Of a stretch of DNA of 64,000 nucleotides, positions 41,519-54,074 are shown one piece after another (within the stretch, counting starts at the first letter, position 1; each line of letters opens with the position of its first letter). A model generated the notes under the pieces. It was not told the DNA's origin. It ran no database searches and was given only the letters and a program-made list of their open reading frames with translations. The stretch comes from an uncultured Planctomycetaceae bacterium (lineage in GTDB: Bacteria > Planctomycetota > Planctomycetia > Planctomycetales > Planctomycetaceae). The position numbers were made by a program, and so were the translations under genes. Location: assembly GCA_963813715.1 (NCBI GenBank), contig CAWFAK010000017.1, positions 480,001-544,000 on the forward strand, read 5' to 3'.

Positions 41519-44042
41519 TCAGTCCAAGTCGAGATTCTGGAAGTTGCGGTTGCGATCGAGCACGGTGCCCCAGACTTTGGTCGAGGCCTGGTGACGCGAC
41601 GGGCCGAAGCTAATGATCGGTCCGATTCCCAGGTCGAGATCTCGAATCGATTCCAGAGCGTCGATCAGCTTTTCCGTCGTCAAGTCGGGTCCCGCACGCC
41701 GCAATCCCTCGACGAGGCACTCGGCCGCGATAAATCCCTCGAGTGAGATGAACCCGGGCTCCGCCTCGGGATGATACTTGTGCAACAGCTCCCGATAGCG
41801 AATGACGCCGGTCGCTGCCGATTGATAATGCGGGACGACTTGCGTGACGATTAGCCCCTCGCCGTATTGCGGGCCCATCTCTCGCAAGCGCTCCGCGAGA
41901 CTGTTGCCGCCCCCGGAGACCGAACCCAGCACGAGATTGATTTTGCGATCCTTGAGCCCCTTGATGAACTGGGCGGCGGCGGCGTAGGTCGGCACCATGA
42001 CGACCGCCTGGATTCGGTCGCGGTGCTCGAAGATTTTGTCCACGGCTTCGGCCGTCTGCAGCGTGTTGCGCTCGTAGCCGGTGCGGAAGATGTCCTTGGG
42101 ATGGACTCCGTAAGCGCGCAAGGTGCGCGCCGCGCCCTGAAACCCTTCTTCACCGTACGAATCGTTCTGGGCAAAGACGGCGATGCGATCGGCAGGAATC
42201 TGGCGGATTTTTACGAAGTAGTGAACCAGCGCCGACGTTTCCTCGCCGCTGCTGGCTCGGTAGTTGAAGACATAACGATCGGGTGGGTCGTGGCGGAGAA
42301 ACGCGGCCCCGCTAAAAGGGGCGAAGAAAAGCAGACGATGTGCCAGCGCATAGGGGACGGTGACCTTTGCGCTTGCAGTCCCGACATTTCCGACAATCGC
42401 AAGGACCTTTCGTTTCTCGAATAGGTCCCGCATGTTGGCGAGCGATCGTTCGGGCTCGTAGCCGTCGTCGAGCGCCGTCAGCTTCAGTTTTCTGCCGTTG
42501 ATGCCGCCTTCGTCGTTGACCGATTCGAGAAAGGTGCGGATTCCGAGAACGATGCTCATGCCGAAGTCGCGATTCGGGCCAGAGTAAGAGACTGTCGTCC
42601 CCAGCTCGATCGTCGAATCGGTGACGCCTTGGGTCGAAGTGATTCCCGAGGTCGGGAGTCCGTCTCCCTGCGGAGCCACCGGTGCCGGATTTCTCGATCG
42701 CACGCCAAGCCATGCACCGCAGGCGCCGAGCAAGACAACGGCTGCTGCCAAAATCGCCGCCAGAGGCTGCCACCGCCTCGCACGCTTTTTGACCCGATTG
42801 CGGCGCGACAGGCAGCGACATCGCACTCTGGAGGATCGAGTGGTGCGCGCTCAAGGGTTTGCCGCCCATCGCGAGATGAGCGGCCACGAGATCGGCGTGC
42901 ATCTCCGCAGCCGTCTGGTAGCGATCCTCCGGACTCTTCGCGGTGGCTCGACTGACAATCTGGGCGAACGCGTCGGGAACGGCGGCGTTTATCTTGCGAG
43001 GGTCGAGCGGCTCGCCGTGAACGTGCGCGAACATTACCTGCACGGTGCTCTCGATCTCGTGATACGGGGTCACACCGGTGAGCAGGCTGTAATAGGTGGC
43101 GCCCAGAGAATAGATGTCGGTGCGGGCGTCCAGGGTCTTGGACTGGCATTGCTCGGGACTCATGTAATACGGCGTCCCGATCACCTGTCCGGCCAGGGTC
43201 AATTGCTGGGTACCGGCCACTGTGCGTTTGGCGAGGCCGAAATCGGCCAGCTTGACCGTGCCCTCCGCGTTGAGCAGCAGATTGCTCGGCTTGATATCCC
43301 GGTGAATCATTCCCGCGGCATGCGCGGCGGCCAGCCCTTGGCAGGCATCCGACAGAATTCGCGTGGCTTCCAGCGGAGGAAAGGCGCCGCCTTGCTGCAA
43401 GGCCTGGGCGAGGTTACCCCCTTTCATCAACTCCATGACAATGTAGTCGGTCTGCCCCTCTTGCCCAATCTCATACAAAGCGACGACGTGCGGATGCGTG
43501 AGTCGCCCGGCCGCTTTCGCTTCGGCCAGAAAGCGGTTGCGGGTCGCTTCGTCGGCAGCGAGTTCCTCCGGCAGGATTTTGATCGCCACGTCACGTTCGA
43601 TCAGCGTGTCGAACGCGCGGTACACCACCCCCATTGCCCCCATGCCGAGCAACTCCACGATCTGATAGCGCGCGATGCTGCGGCCGATCCAAGACTCGGG
43701 CGCTTGGTGGGTTGCGCTCCGGCTTGCGCTTCGCGGCGACGAAGTGGAATCGGTGGTCAGCCGCGTCTGGGCGTTCCGCGAAGCATCGTCGCCGACGTCA
43801 AAGTTCGGCCGCGGTGGCGGGTTGGTGGGTTGTGGGGACTCGTCGCCGGCCACGCGATATCCTTTGGCGTCAGGCTTCTCATGTCCCGCTGCGTGCTGGA
43901 ACCGCCTTTCAGCCGCGTGGGCGCTTGCGTCTTCTAACTCCTTTTGTAGCCGTAACGCGACCGCCGTTCCACTATCGCGTGTCCCAACGGCGACGCGCGT
44001 ATCACGTGCAGATCCAGGGAGCCAAGAGATCGGACAAGGCAC
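41519..44042 (-). CDS. Ser/Thr protein kinase - TM - periplasmic (leucine-binding PBP1-type) domain fusion; frameshift near 42800; start uncertain
   Basis: LGMGAMGVVY, VAIK, HRDIKPSN, DFG, GTPYYMSPE / TM LAAILAAAVVLLGACGAWL, QGVTDSTIELG, GGINGRKL, LDDGYEP, GNVGT. Confidence 0.85.
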
Positions 44043-44276
44043 GTAGCAATGATGCGCCGGTCTGGGGAGCGTGCGTTCTCACTACGCGTTCGATTGCCGG
44101 TTCAGGGCTGTCACTGCCATGAGTCTTACGATGCCTCAGGGCAACCGCGAGAAGTGATGCATGGGCTGCCGGTTGCGGCATGCCCGGTCGGTGCGAGACA
44201 ATCGGTCGTCGACTGAGCTGACTGGCGAGGCTCAAGAGACGTGCGACATCAACTCGGGGAAAAGAGCACCACAACC

Positions 44277-44699
44277 ATGAAGAAAAGCAAGAGCCCCTCG
44301 AAGGATTCAAAAGGGGGAAAGTCTCCCTCCAAACTCATCGATGCGAGAATCGAGGAGCTGGGTGACTGGCGGGGCGAGACGCTGGCTCGGATCCGCCTGC
44401 TCATCCAACAAGCCGTCCCAGACGTGGTCGAGGAGTGGAAGTGGCGAGGAGTTCCGGTGTGGTACCACGCCGGCATGATTTGTACTGGAGAGACGTATAA
44501 GAGTGTCGTAAAGGTGACGTTCGCCAAGGGAGCGGCTCTGGAGGACCCAGCCGGTCTCTTCAACTCCAGCCTGGAAGGCAACACCAGGCGGGCCATCGAT
44601 TTCCAAGAGGGCGACAAGATTAATGAAAAAGCGCTGAAGGCGCTGATTCGCGCCGCCGCGGCACTCAACGCCTCCAAGGGCGCCCAGCGGTCGCGATAA
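44277..44699 (+). CDS. DUF1801 (YdhG-like) protein
   Basis: LGDWRGETL, EEWKWRGVPVW, CTGETYK, LFNSSLEGNTRRAID. Confidence 0.92.
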   Translation: MKKSKSPSKDSKGGKSPSKLIDARIEELGDWRGETLARIRLLIQQAVPDVVEEWKWRGVPVWYHAGMICTGETYKSVVKVTFAKGAALEDPAGLFNSSLEGNTRRAIDFQEGDKINEKALKALIRAAAALNASKGAQRSR

Positions 44700-44783
44700 A
44701 GGTGTGATGCGCCTGGCGGGAACCTCTGACTCGCCAGATCGGCCAGAGGGTTTTAGTGATGGATTGCTGGATTCCGAGTCTGG

Positions 44784-47651
44784 CTAATGGCGCAGCACCT
44801 CGGCCAGGAACCGGCCCGTGTAGGAGGCTTTGCACGTCGCGATCTCTTCGGGAGTGCCGCAGGCGATCAGTTCGCCGCCCTTGTGGCCCCCCTCGGGTCC
44901 CAGGTCGATGACGTAGTCGGCTGTCTTGATCACGTCCAGGTTGTGCTCGATCACGACGACCGAATGCCCGCTATCGACCAGGCGGTTCAGGCTTTCCAAC
45001 AGACGATCGATGTCGGCAAAGTGCAGACCGGTTGTCGGCTCGTCGAGAATGTACAGGTTGTGCTTGCCGCGTTTGAGCTTGGCCAGCTCACCGGCCAGCT
45101 TGACACGCTGAGCTTCACCGCCCGAGAGGATCGTCGAGGGGTGGCCCAGCTTGAGGTAGCCCAGCCCCAGCTCGTTCAAGACAGCGATCTTGCGGGCGAT
45201 CGACGCTTCGTCGGCGAAGAACGCGACTCCCTCCTCGATCGGCATGTCGAGGACCTCGGCGATGTTCTTGCCGTGGTATTTGACCTCGAGCGTGTCTTGG
45301 TTGTAGCGGGCTCCCTTACAGGTCGGACAGACGACTTCCACGTCTGGCATGAAGGACAGCTGCGTCGTGATCGACCCTTCTCCGGTACATTCCTCGCAGC
45401 GGCCGCCTTTGACGTTGAAGCTGAAGGTCGATGCCGTGAAGCCGCGCTCCTTGGCCTGATCGGTCTCGGCAAACAGCGTGCGAATCGCGTCGTAGAAACC
45501 GATGTAAGTCGCCGGATTGGAACGCGAGGAGCGACCGATCGGCGACTGGTCGACGTCAATCACGTCGGTGATGTGCTCGCTGCCGATGAGTTCGTCGTGA
45601 TCGCCCGCCATCACGCGGCTGTCGTAGAGCAGCGAATACAGACGTTTGTGGAGGATCTCGTGAATCAATGAACTCTTGCCCGAGCCGGAAGCGCCCGTGA
45701 CGCAGACGAATTGCTCCAGCGGAATCTCGACGCGGACGTTCTTGAGATTGTTCTGCCGGGCGCCGCGGACAACGATCGATTTGCCGCTCGACGGCCGGCG
45801 CTGGCTCGGAATGCCGATGGTTTTCTTGCCGCTGAGATACTTGCCGGTGAGCGATTTGCCGTCTTTCAGGACCTGTTTCAAGGGACCGTCAGCCACGATG
45901 GTGCCGCCGTGCACGCCCGGGCCCGGACCGATTTCGACGATGTGATCGGCCGCCCGAATCGTGTCGGCGTCGTGCTCGACCACGATCACCGTGTTGCCGA
46001 GATCGCGCAGCCGCTTGAGCGTCTCGATCATTTTGACGTTGTCTTTGGGATGCAGCCCGATGCTGGGTTCGTCCAGTACGTACAACATGCCCATCAGGCC
46101 GGATCCAATTTGCGACGATAGCCGGATCCGTTGCGATTCCCCGCCCGAGAGGGTCGCTGAACGGCGATTCAAGCTGAGATAGTCCAGCCCGATCGCGATC
46201 AAGAGTTCCAACCGCGTGGTCACTTCGCGGACGATCGTCTCGGCGATCGCTCGCTGCCGGGCGGTCGGCTTGATCGATTTCAGGAAGTTGAGCAGCTCGA
46301 CGAGGTGCATCTCGCCCAACTCGAAGAGATTGCTGTCGCCGATCGTGACGAGACGGCGGGCTCGCTTCAGTCGAGCGCCGCCGCACTCCGGGCAGTCGTA
46401 TTCGACCATCACCTTTTTCAGGTACTCGTCCATGCCGGCGTTCGACGTGCCCTGTTTGCGGTATTGGCGATAGTGGTGCTCCAGTTGATTCACGACGCCG
46501 TTGAACTTCATCTTCTTGCCGGCGTGCTGCTGCCCGATCTTCGCCCCCGGCGGCAGAATGACCTCGAACTGCTCCCCTTTGGTGCCGTAGAGCAGCACTT
46601 GCACGTGCTTCTCGGCCAGATCTTTGAAGGGCGTATCGAGGCTGAATTTGTAGTGTGCGGCGAGGCTGTGCAGAATCCGGCCGCCCCAGCTGTCGGGGCT
46701 GTTGCTCATCGCCGCCTTGACGAACGCTTCCTCGTTCAGGGATCGCTTGGGATCGGGCACTAAGAGCGACGGATGGACGCGCATCGCCGTGCCGATGCCT
46801 GCGCACGTGGGGCATGCGCCCGCGGGGTCGTTGAATGTGAACTGGGCCTGGTGCATCTCGCCGGCGACAAGTCGATGCCGGGCGCAGCCGAACCCGTCGT
46901 AAAACTTCTTGTGCTCCTTGCCGAGTTGCTTGGGCTTCACGATATGAAAACCGAGCAGGCCGTCACCCAATTTCAGTCCATGCTCGAGCGAAGTGACGAC
47001 TTGCTGATCGATTCCCGGGCCGACGACGAACGAATCGATCACGGCTTCGACCGTATGCTCCTGTTCCTCATCGAGTTCGATATGCTCCCCGAGATCGCGC
47101 GGCTTGCCGTCGATTCGGGCCCGGCGGTAGCCGTTGACGCGAATTTGCTCGAAGAGATATTCGTAATCCTCGCCGTGAATCTTGTAGACGGGCGCACGGA
47201 CCTCGACCTCGGTGCCTTTCGGCAGAGACAGCAGATGTTCCATCATCTGATGCGGGGTGCGAATCGCGAGGGCCTCGCCGCACAACGGGCAGTGCGGCGT
47301 CCCCATGGTGGCGAACAGCATCCGCAGGTAGTCGGAGATGTCGGTCATTGTGCCGACCGTCGAACGGGGATTGGAGCCGACGGTCTTTTGATCGATCGAC
47401 ACGACGGGCGACAGACCGTTGACGAAGTCGACGTCTGGCTTTTTGAGCTGGCCGACGAAACGTTTGGCGAACGTCGACATCGACGCCAGCAGGCGCCGCT
47501 GCCCTTCGGCATAGATCGTGTCGAAGGCGAGCGACGACTTACCGGAGCCGCTCACGCCGGTGACAACGATCAGCTTGTCGCGCGGAATCTCCAGGTCGAC
47601 GTTTTGGAGGTTGTTCTCGCGCGCACCGCGAATCTGGATGGTCGTTCGCAT
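44784..47651 (-). CDS. uvrA: UvrA-family ABC ATPase (divergent, probable paralogue)
   Basis: Two GxSGSGKSS Walker A motifs, LSGGE twice, LDEP twice, CxxC zinc modules, [16 protein letters not shown]; 955 aa. Confidence 0.93.
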   Translation of the reverse strand: MRTTIQIRGARENNLQNVDLEIPRDKLIVVTGVSGSGKSSLAFDTIYAEGQRRLLASMSTFAKRFVGQLKKPDVDFVNGLSPVVSIDQKTVGSNPRSTVGTMTDISDYLRMLFATMGTPHCPLCGEALAIRTPHQMMEHLLSLPKGTEVEVRAPVYKIHGEDYEYLFEQIRVNGYRRARIDGKPRDLGEHIELDEEQEHTVEAVIDSFVVGPGIDQQVVTSLEHGLKLGDGLLGFHIVKPKQLGKEHKKFYDGFGCARHRLVAGEMHQAQFTFNDPAGACPTCAGIGTAMRVHPSLLVPDPKRSLNEEAFVKAAMSNSPDSWGGRILHSLAAHYKFSLDTPFKDLAEKHVQVLLYGTKGEQFEVILPPGAKIGQQHAGKKMKFNGVVNQLEHHYRQYRKQGTSNAGMDEYLKKVMVEYDCPECGGARLKRARRLVTIGDSNLFELGEMHLVELLNFLKSIKPTARQRAIAETIVREVTTRLELLIAIGLDYLSLNRRSATLSGGESQRIRLSSQIGSGLMGMLYVLDEPSIGLHPKDNVKMIETLKRLRDLGNTVIVVEHDADTIRAADHIVEIGPGPGVHGGTIVADGPLKQVLKDGKSLTGKYLSGKKTIGIPSQRRPSSGKSIVVRGARQNNLKNVRVEIPLEQFVCVTGASGSGKSSLIHEILHKRLYSLLYDSRVMAGDHDELIGSEHITDVIDVDQSPIGRSSRSNPATYIGFYDAIRTLFAETDQAKERGFTASTFSFNVKGGRCEECTGEGSITTQLSFMPDVEVVCPTCKGARYNQDTLEVKYHGKNIAEVLDMPIEEGVAFFADEASIARKIAVLNELGLGYLKLGHPSTILSGGEAQRVKLAGELAKLKRGKHNLYILDEPTTGLHFADIDRLLESLNRLVDSGHSVVVIEHNLDVIKTADYVIDLGPEGGHKGGELIACGTPEEIATCKASYTGRFLAEVLRH

Positions 47652-47659
47652 AGGTCTCT

Positions 47660-48635
47660 TTAGATGTCGAGCAAATAGGCCGGCTCTTCGACCCGTTCGG
47701 TGCTGCGTTTGGTGAGCTTAAACGGAGCCGAAAGTTTCTGCAGCAAGCCTTTGCGTTCCAGCCATTCGCACGCCGATTCCAGGTGCCACGGGTACAACTG
47801 CGAGAACGCGAAGTGGTCGCTCATTTCCGACAGCGGAATCAGCCGGTTCTGTTTTTTGAGATAGGCGAGCAGCGGTTTCAGGTGGGCCTGGTAGTGCTCG
47901 TCAAGATAGCCGTCAATCGCGTCGAGCGCCTTCGAGAGCACGCGTCTGTTCTTGCGCTTGGCCAGCACGTCGAGATAGATGGTCTGAAAAAGTTCCGGCG
48001 CCCCCTCGATGGCCCGATAAATCACGTCGTCCTCCCAAACCTGGCCCCGGCGGATGATTTCGGTGTGGGCGACGCTGTGCGCAGGCGCCGAGCGTTTCCT
48101 GTGTCGCCAGCTCGAGGTCCCCCTTGATGTCTAGTCGCTTGCGGGCGTGGCGCAGCGCGTGGATGGTCCAGGTCGAGAACGTCAGCAGTTCCCGCTCCTG
48201 GTCCTTCGTTGCCATGCTGTTGGCCTTCTTGAACCAAGTCGCGATCGACGGATCCTGGCTGTACACGATCTCCCGCAGAGCAAAGAAGTTGCAGGAAAAC
48301 GCCGTCCGCGACGCTCCCTCGACCATTTGCTTGAAGCGGCTCCGCGGAATCACTTCGGCGTGAACGTTGATCCCGTTTTCAACCAGGATGCGGAAGACGC
48401 GTTCGTCATTGCCGTCGCTCGGCAGCCGGCGACTGACGCCGTCCGCCTCGATAATCCACAGTCCTAGTGATTCACGCCGCCAGACCGTTGTGGTTGACAA
48501 GCTCCCCACCAGGACGACGGCGAGGACGTAACGGTCCTCCGAAATCCGCTCGATCAACTGATCCAACGCGGCTTTGAACCGCGCGACTTTTTCGAGGCTG
48601 TCGTCGCCCTCGGTCATATCAACTTTTGGAGTCAT
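47660..48635 (-). CDS. Nucleotidyltransferase-fold protein with degenerate catalytic motif (frameshift near 48080)
   Basis: [28 protein letters not shown], where pol-beta-type enzymes have hhGS...SDhDh; helical middle; wHTH-like C-terminus; stop lies 8 nt before the uvrA ATG. Confidence 0.6.
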
Positions 48636-48793
48636 GGGGTGTGCCTCGGATGGAAGTTCGCAGAATTCGAGCCCCGGCAAGAACGGCCGTGTCCGTCGGG
48701 TGCGGCCTCGTCGCGGGGACTCGACGATCGGGAACGACGCCAGATTATCAAGAATCGCGTCGCCGCGCCCGGTCGAGCGTTCTCGGCTCGGAG

Positions 48794-48817
48794 CCCTCGC
48801 TCACGCTTCGGGTTGGT
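48794..48817. repeat. REP-like family A single copy
   Basis: CCCTCGCTCACGCTTCGGGTTGGT. Confidence 0.8.
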
Positions 48818-48833
48818 GGGGCGAATGCCGCGA

Positions 48834-49151
48834 CTATCTGACAAGTCCTCGGAGGAGCGGCTCGATCAGGTCATTCAGGCTTCGCAGCAGGGCCACATTT
48901 CGGAGAAGCCAAATGATCGGCCAATAGAAAACTTCGTAAGCCGGATAGAGGTCAAGTCCGTGGCGCCGGAGCACAAGCAAGGCAACATAGGCCGGGATGA
49001 TGCTCAGCGGATAGATCACCACCAAGCCCACCAGCGTCCAACCAATGGCCCAGCTGGCCCAAGTCGACGAACGCTCCGATCCTTCCGGCCTTGCCGCGTC
49101 TGCCGGCCGGGTCGCCGCGGTCTCCGGGTTCACATCGGCGCCAGCACTCAT
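48834..49151 (-). CDS. Small membrane protein
   Basis: TM WAIGWTLVGLVVIYPLSIIPAYV; FYWPIIWL. Confidence 0.6.
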   Translation of the reverse strand: MSAGADVNPETAATRPADAARPEGSERSSTWASWAIGWTLVGLVVIYPLSIIPAYVALLVLRRHGLDLYPAYEVFYWPIIWLLRNVALLRSLNDLIEPLLRGLVR

Positions 49152-49211
49152 GCGAATCCCTCACACCCTCAAGTCGACCCTGCGTTTCGGTTTCGACCTC
49201 AACGGGACTCG

Positions 49212-52200
49212 TTATCGGCCGATCCGACGAGCCAGCTCCTTGTCCAGAGCCTCCGATGTGAGATCCTTGGCGGCGATCCGACCTTCGGGGTCGATGAGCC
49301 AAATTGAGGGAATCACTTCCGTCCCGTACGCGACCAGTGTCGTATTGTGCGCGTCCCAGGCGCCGGCCCAAACCTGACGCCAAGGCGTTTTGATAACCTC
49401 GATCGCCTCCTTGGCCTTGTCCGTCGTGTAATCGAAGTTCAGGCCCACAACGGTCACGCGGCCTTTGTATTTGCCTGCGACGGCTTTGAGCAACGGTTGG
49501 GACGCCACGCAAGGAGCGCACCAACCTGCCCAGAAATCCAGGGCCACGTACTTTCCATGCAGAGCCGCGAGGCTGATCGACTCGCCTTCTGCCGTGCTCC
49601 AAGCGAGCTGCGGGGCAATCGAGCCGACCTGCGGATGAAATGTCGCCTTCAATTCGAGCGGCGAGAGTGTGATTGCCTTGTCCGCAACGGTGAACTCGGC
49701 GCGGCCCGTTGCCAGGAGAATTCCCCAACCGCATGTTTGCAGCGGTCGCAGGCCATGGACGTCGACCAGCAGCATGTACCGGCCGGGTGCTAAGGCGTCG
49801 AAGCGGAACGAACCGTCCGGCTTGAGGACGGCAAACGTGGTGGGAAGGGTCAGATCCTCCTTGGCTGTCCCTTCAAGGACGGATTGAATCTGCGCGTTCC
49901 AGTCGGTCCGGTCGACCCCCCGCGGCGGCTCTGGCTTGGGCTCGATCCGCACCGGCGCACCCAAGACGTGCTGGTATCGAACTTTGTCCCTGGCAGCGGC
50001 GGATTCGCCGCAATGACGGGTCCTAACTCAACTTGACCGTTTACCGCCGGACCGTCATCCGCCAGGGTCACGTGAACCGCTTTGCCCGGTTCAACGCGGA
50101 TGATCTTGCCAGCGACCGTTCCTAGATTCGTGAACGCGCTAACTCGAAGCTCAAGAGCAGGCACATGCTCAATTACGAATCGCCCGGTGGCATCGGTCGT
50201 GGTCGAGAGATCAAATTGCAGCCGCTCGCGCGAGAGAGGATCGAGCTTGGGCCGAAACGCGTCTGCCGAAATGCGACATTGTTCCGCGGCCTGCCATCGG
50301 GGGCGTAGACTCCTTCGAGGCGCGCCCAGGGCGTCAGAATCACGGTTTGGCCCACGCTCATCTCACCGGCCGAGAGAACCGCATATCCCGCCTCGTGGAG
50401 GACCAAGAGCCGCCCGTTCGCGCCGGGCCACGCCAACTCGAACTTCCCGTCCGCACCGGCCGCGGTCCGCACCTCCGGCGTGAACCTGAGCACATCAAAT
50501 AGGGTTGTCCCGCGCACGAGCGCGTCGTTTTCCGGTCCGAGGAAAAAGAGTTCCGCTCTGGCGGCAGGCTTGTGCGCGGCCGTCAAGACCTTGCCGTGAA
50601 CGAGAAAGGCTTTTCTCAGCTTGACCAGGAACGGACCAGGTTTTTTGCCGGTGCTTGGGGAGGCGTGGTTGCGATCGCGTAGCCGGCGGCGGAGATCTTC
50701 GCCAAAAACTGAGTGGGCACGCCGCCCTGCAGCATGACGTACTTGACTTCGCGCCGGAAGTTGCCGTCTTTGGCTTCCAGAGGTTCCGCCCTGCTCAGAG
50801 CCGAGAACTTCCCACTCAACAACCACCCCATGGTCACTGCGAACTTCGTGATCGGCTGTCCGGACTGGTCATCAACGACCTTTCCTTCAATCACCGGGTA
50901 CGAGTACAGCGGGACGTCGCCGACATCGGCAAGGCCGGGCGCGATCGTGAAGCCAACATACAATCGACCCGGAGCGGATACCGAACCGACAATGGACCCT
51001 TCAGTAGGGAGGGCGCGAATCAGAAACCGCCCGTTGGCATCGGACCGCGCGACGCGCGTGACGTGCCTGGGGAAAGCGTTGGGAACCTGCCAAGAACCCG
51101 TACCGATTGTTGCGTTCGAGACGGGCCGGCCGGACTCATCCACAATCCGTCCCTGCACGGACCAGCCTTTGTCGAGCTTGATGTCGAGCGGTTTCATTTG
51201 CGAGGAGACGGTGATCCACGTAACCGCGGGGGCGAACCCGTCCGCGTAGATGGCGATGCTGCGGTGTCCGGCCGGGACTCCGCCAACCGAGAACGTGCCG
51301 TCGGCCTGCGTTCGGGTCGCACTCGAATTTTCAATCGCCTCCTCATCGGGGCCGGGCGTTTCATCATACGACTGCCCCGCAAGCACCAGGGCGTTGCCAA
51401 TCGGCGTGCCGGACGGATCGCGAACGATGCCGCGCAGCGAGAGACCGCGCTTCATCACTTGAAGGGCGGAGCCGTCGCGCAGGGCGTGAGTCGGTGGGCT
51501 CGACTGGCGAAAGTCGAACGGCCAGCCGCTGAAATCGGGATGATCCAGGCGGAAGTCGAGATGATCGAAGTCTGCCGGCAAACTCAGGGACCAGCGTCCG
51601 GTAGCATCGGTGATCGCCTCCCACTTGATACCTGTCGAATGATCTGTGACGGTGAGTAATACGTCGTTGATCGCCCGCCCCTGTTCATCAACAATCCGTC
51701 CGGAATAGACCGCCAGCGGAGCCAGCATTTTGGCGGAGGCCTTGGCGGGTGCGTGCTGCACGAGATCCGGCACTACGACCGTCGCGCGACTGACAATCTG
51801 AACCGCAGGAGCTGACTCGCCGGTCTTCAACGAAGCGCGAATCGTCCACCCGGATTCGGCCGGCAGCGGGCCGGCGAGAAGCCAGCCGCCCGCGAACGTC
51901 TCCAACCCGTCGCGCTGCGTGAATGAGACACCGTTGGGACCCGTGATCCGGAGCGTGACTTTTGCCCCGTCGACGGCTCGCCGCTCTTCATCGACGACTC
52001 GGCCAATGACAGTGCAAATGTCGCGGTCGAGCACGTAGTGTGTGTCGGGCGATGCGTCGGTGCGGATTGGTATGACAGCCATCCGCGTCACCCGCTGAGA
52101 GTAAGCGAGGACTGTCTTCGCTGCGGGCGGCAGGTCACTCAACCTGAACCGCCCCTGATCGTCGGTGTGAGATCCACGCCAGATGTTTTCCCCCGCGACG

Positions 52201-52424
52201 GCCACCATTGCTCGGCTCACTGGAAAGCCGGCACGATCGACGAGAATTCCGGCGAACGAACGCGGCGTCTTTGACTCTGTAGGCTCGCCGGCGGCTGCCG
52301 CCTGACTCTGGACGTTCACAGCCGTTAAGAGTGCTGCAATGAACAAACCTCGCAGGGCTCGAAGCCGGAGTCCGGCCACATCGGCGGATGAGGAGGAGTG
52401 ATTGCGAGCGCGCGCAGAACTCAT
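49212..52424 (-). CDS. Large exported protein with carboxypeptidase-regulatory-like (CnaB/TTR) repeats and a C-terminal TlpA redoxin domain (about 3 frameshifts)
   Basis: Repeated GxVVD..GxP...TDxxGRF motifs across ORFs 50616..52424, 50173..50826 and 49850..50164; DFWAGWCAPC and IPSIWLIDPEG in 49212..49964. Confidence 0.78.
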
Positions 52425-52592
52425 GAGTCGCCTCCTTCGAGTTGAAGCAACACCAGAGTACCACCGAGCCGCGTCGGCACCAAAACGAATCAGGGGCCCC
52501 CGAGTCGGGCCCAGAATTCAGCGCCCCCGTGACTCAGCAAATCTTAAGCCTTGTTCAAAGGCAATACGAATCGGCTATCCGGCGGGCGTGCA

Positions 52593-53705
52593 CTAGGTGG
52601 GCTTGCGCTCGATCAGTCCCTCGCAGGCGAGCGTTTCCGGACCGTTCTCCGTGCAGACCGCGTACTTCGCGCCGGAGAGCAGCGAGACGCCGGCGTGGCG
52701 GCCTTTGGCGTCGAGCACGTAGAAGGTCACGTCGAAGTTGGGATTGCCGTGGTGGTCGAGCAGCCGTTTCTCGATCGTGTTCGCTTTGATCCGCTTGCAC
52801 GCTTCCACCCCGGCGTCCTTGGGATGCATGCCTTGCCGCAGGCACTCGACGATCAGGAACGAGCAGAGGCCGAACAGATTCGCCTCGCCGCGCCCCGTCG
52901 AGCCGGCCGCGCCCACGCTGCCGTCGACGTACAGCCCGGCCCCCAGGATGGGCGAGTCGCCGACGCGGCCGGGGATCTTGAAAGCCAGGCCACTGGTCGT
53001 CGTCACGCCGCAGATTTCGCCTTTGGAGTTGATCGCGTCGCAGTTGATTGTGCCGTTCACGTGATGGACGTCGATCAACCCCTCCTCCGCCATTTTCCAG
53101 GTGGCTGCACGTCCCGCGTCGGACCGGCTCTTGGGGTCCAGATAGTGTGCCGGGTCGACGCGCCGCTTCCATTCCAGCCAAATTCGGCGTGATTTTTCGG
53201 TGTTGAGATCCGGCTCGATCTTGAAGCCCAGGTTCCGCGCGAACGACTGCGCGCCGGCCCCCACCAACAGATGATGGTCGGTGTCCTGCATCACGGCCTT
53301 CGCCACCAGCGACGGCGTCCGCACCCCCTCGAGCGCCGCCACGCCCCCCGCCCGCTTCTTCGGCCCGTGCATCACGCACGAATCCAACTGCACGACGCCG
53401 TCGGCATTCGGCAACCCGCCGTAGCCCACACTCGTTTCTTCGGGATCAAGCTCGAGGATGTTGACGCCGGCGATCACGGCGTCCAGCACGTCCGCGCCAT
53501 CGGTGACCATGGCGAACGTCTTCTCGACACACGTCACCGTGCCGCCGTTCTTGAAGTGATTTCCGTTGGCCGCGGAGATGACGACTGGCTTGAAACCCGG
53601 GCTCACAACCCGCGCCCGCTCCTGGCTCTGCGCCACCCCGGCTCCCGCAGCCACCAGGGCCGCCCCACTCATCACAAATTTGCGACGCGACAGTTCTTCG
53701 CTCAC
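52593..53705 (-). CDS. N(4)-(beta-N-acetylglucosaminyl)-L-asparaginase (Ntn hydrolase), Tat signal
   Basis: SRRKF, SVGYGGLPN, QLDSCVM, NGTIN nucleophile Thr, TTTSGL, GRVGDSPILGAG, TGRGE. Confidence 0.93.
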   Translation of the reverse strand: MSEELSRRKFVMSGAALVAAGAGVAQSQERARVVSPGFKPVVISAANGNHFKNGGTVTCVEKTFAMVTDGADVLDAVIAGVNILELDPEETSVGYGGLPNADGVVQLDSCVMHGPKKRAGGVAALEGVRTPSLVAKAVMQDTDHHLLVGAGAQSFARNLGFKIEPDLNTEKSRRIWLEWKRRVDPAHYLDPKSRSDAGRAATWKMAEEGLIDVHHVNGTINCDAINSKGEICGVTTTSGLAFKIPGRVGDSPILGAGLYVDGSVGAAGSTGRGEANLFGLCSFLIVECLRQGMHPKDAGVEACKRIKANTIEKRLLDHHGNPNFDVTFYVLDAKGRHAGVSLLSGAKYAVCTENGPETLACEGLIERKPT

Positions 53706-53748
53706 GATGAACTCCTCGAACCTTTGCTGCCTGCCACGAGTCCAGAGC

Positions 53749-53806
53749 CCTCGCTGACGCTTCGGGTTGGTGAAGCTACCCCCATTAACCCGAAGCGTCA
53801 GCGAGG
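53749..53806. repeat. REP-like family A perfect 20-bp inverted doublet
   Basis: CCTCGCTGACGCTTCGGGTT (53749-53768) / AACCCGAAGCGTCAGCGAGG (53787-53806). Confidence 0.9.
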
Positions 53807-54074
53807 ATCTGCAGAACCACTCTGAATTTCCCGACCTGATTTCCGGACCTGCTCAGCGCCGGTGCCGATGCGATCCCATTCTGAGGGCTCGCGCCTGTTT
53901 GCCAACGTTGGCAATGTCGACCAAGTGGAATTGCACGTCAGGACCGGTTCGTGAACGGCCGCGCCGTTGTACACCTTGGCCATTAATACGGTCGCCCCTA
54001 CCATTTCCGAGCGTTTTCGTGAGCCCTTGTGCTGGCTACCAATCGAGCGGACCAAACCTTGTGAGGAGACTCCA

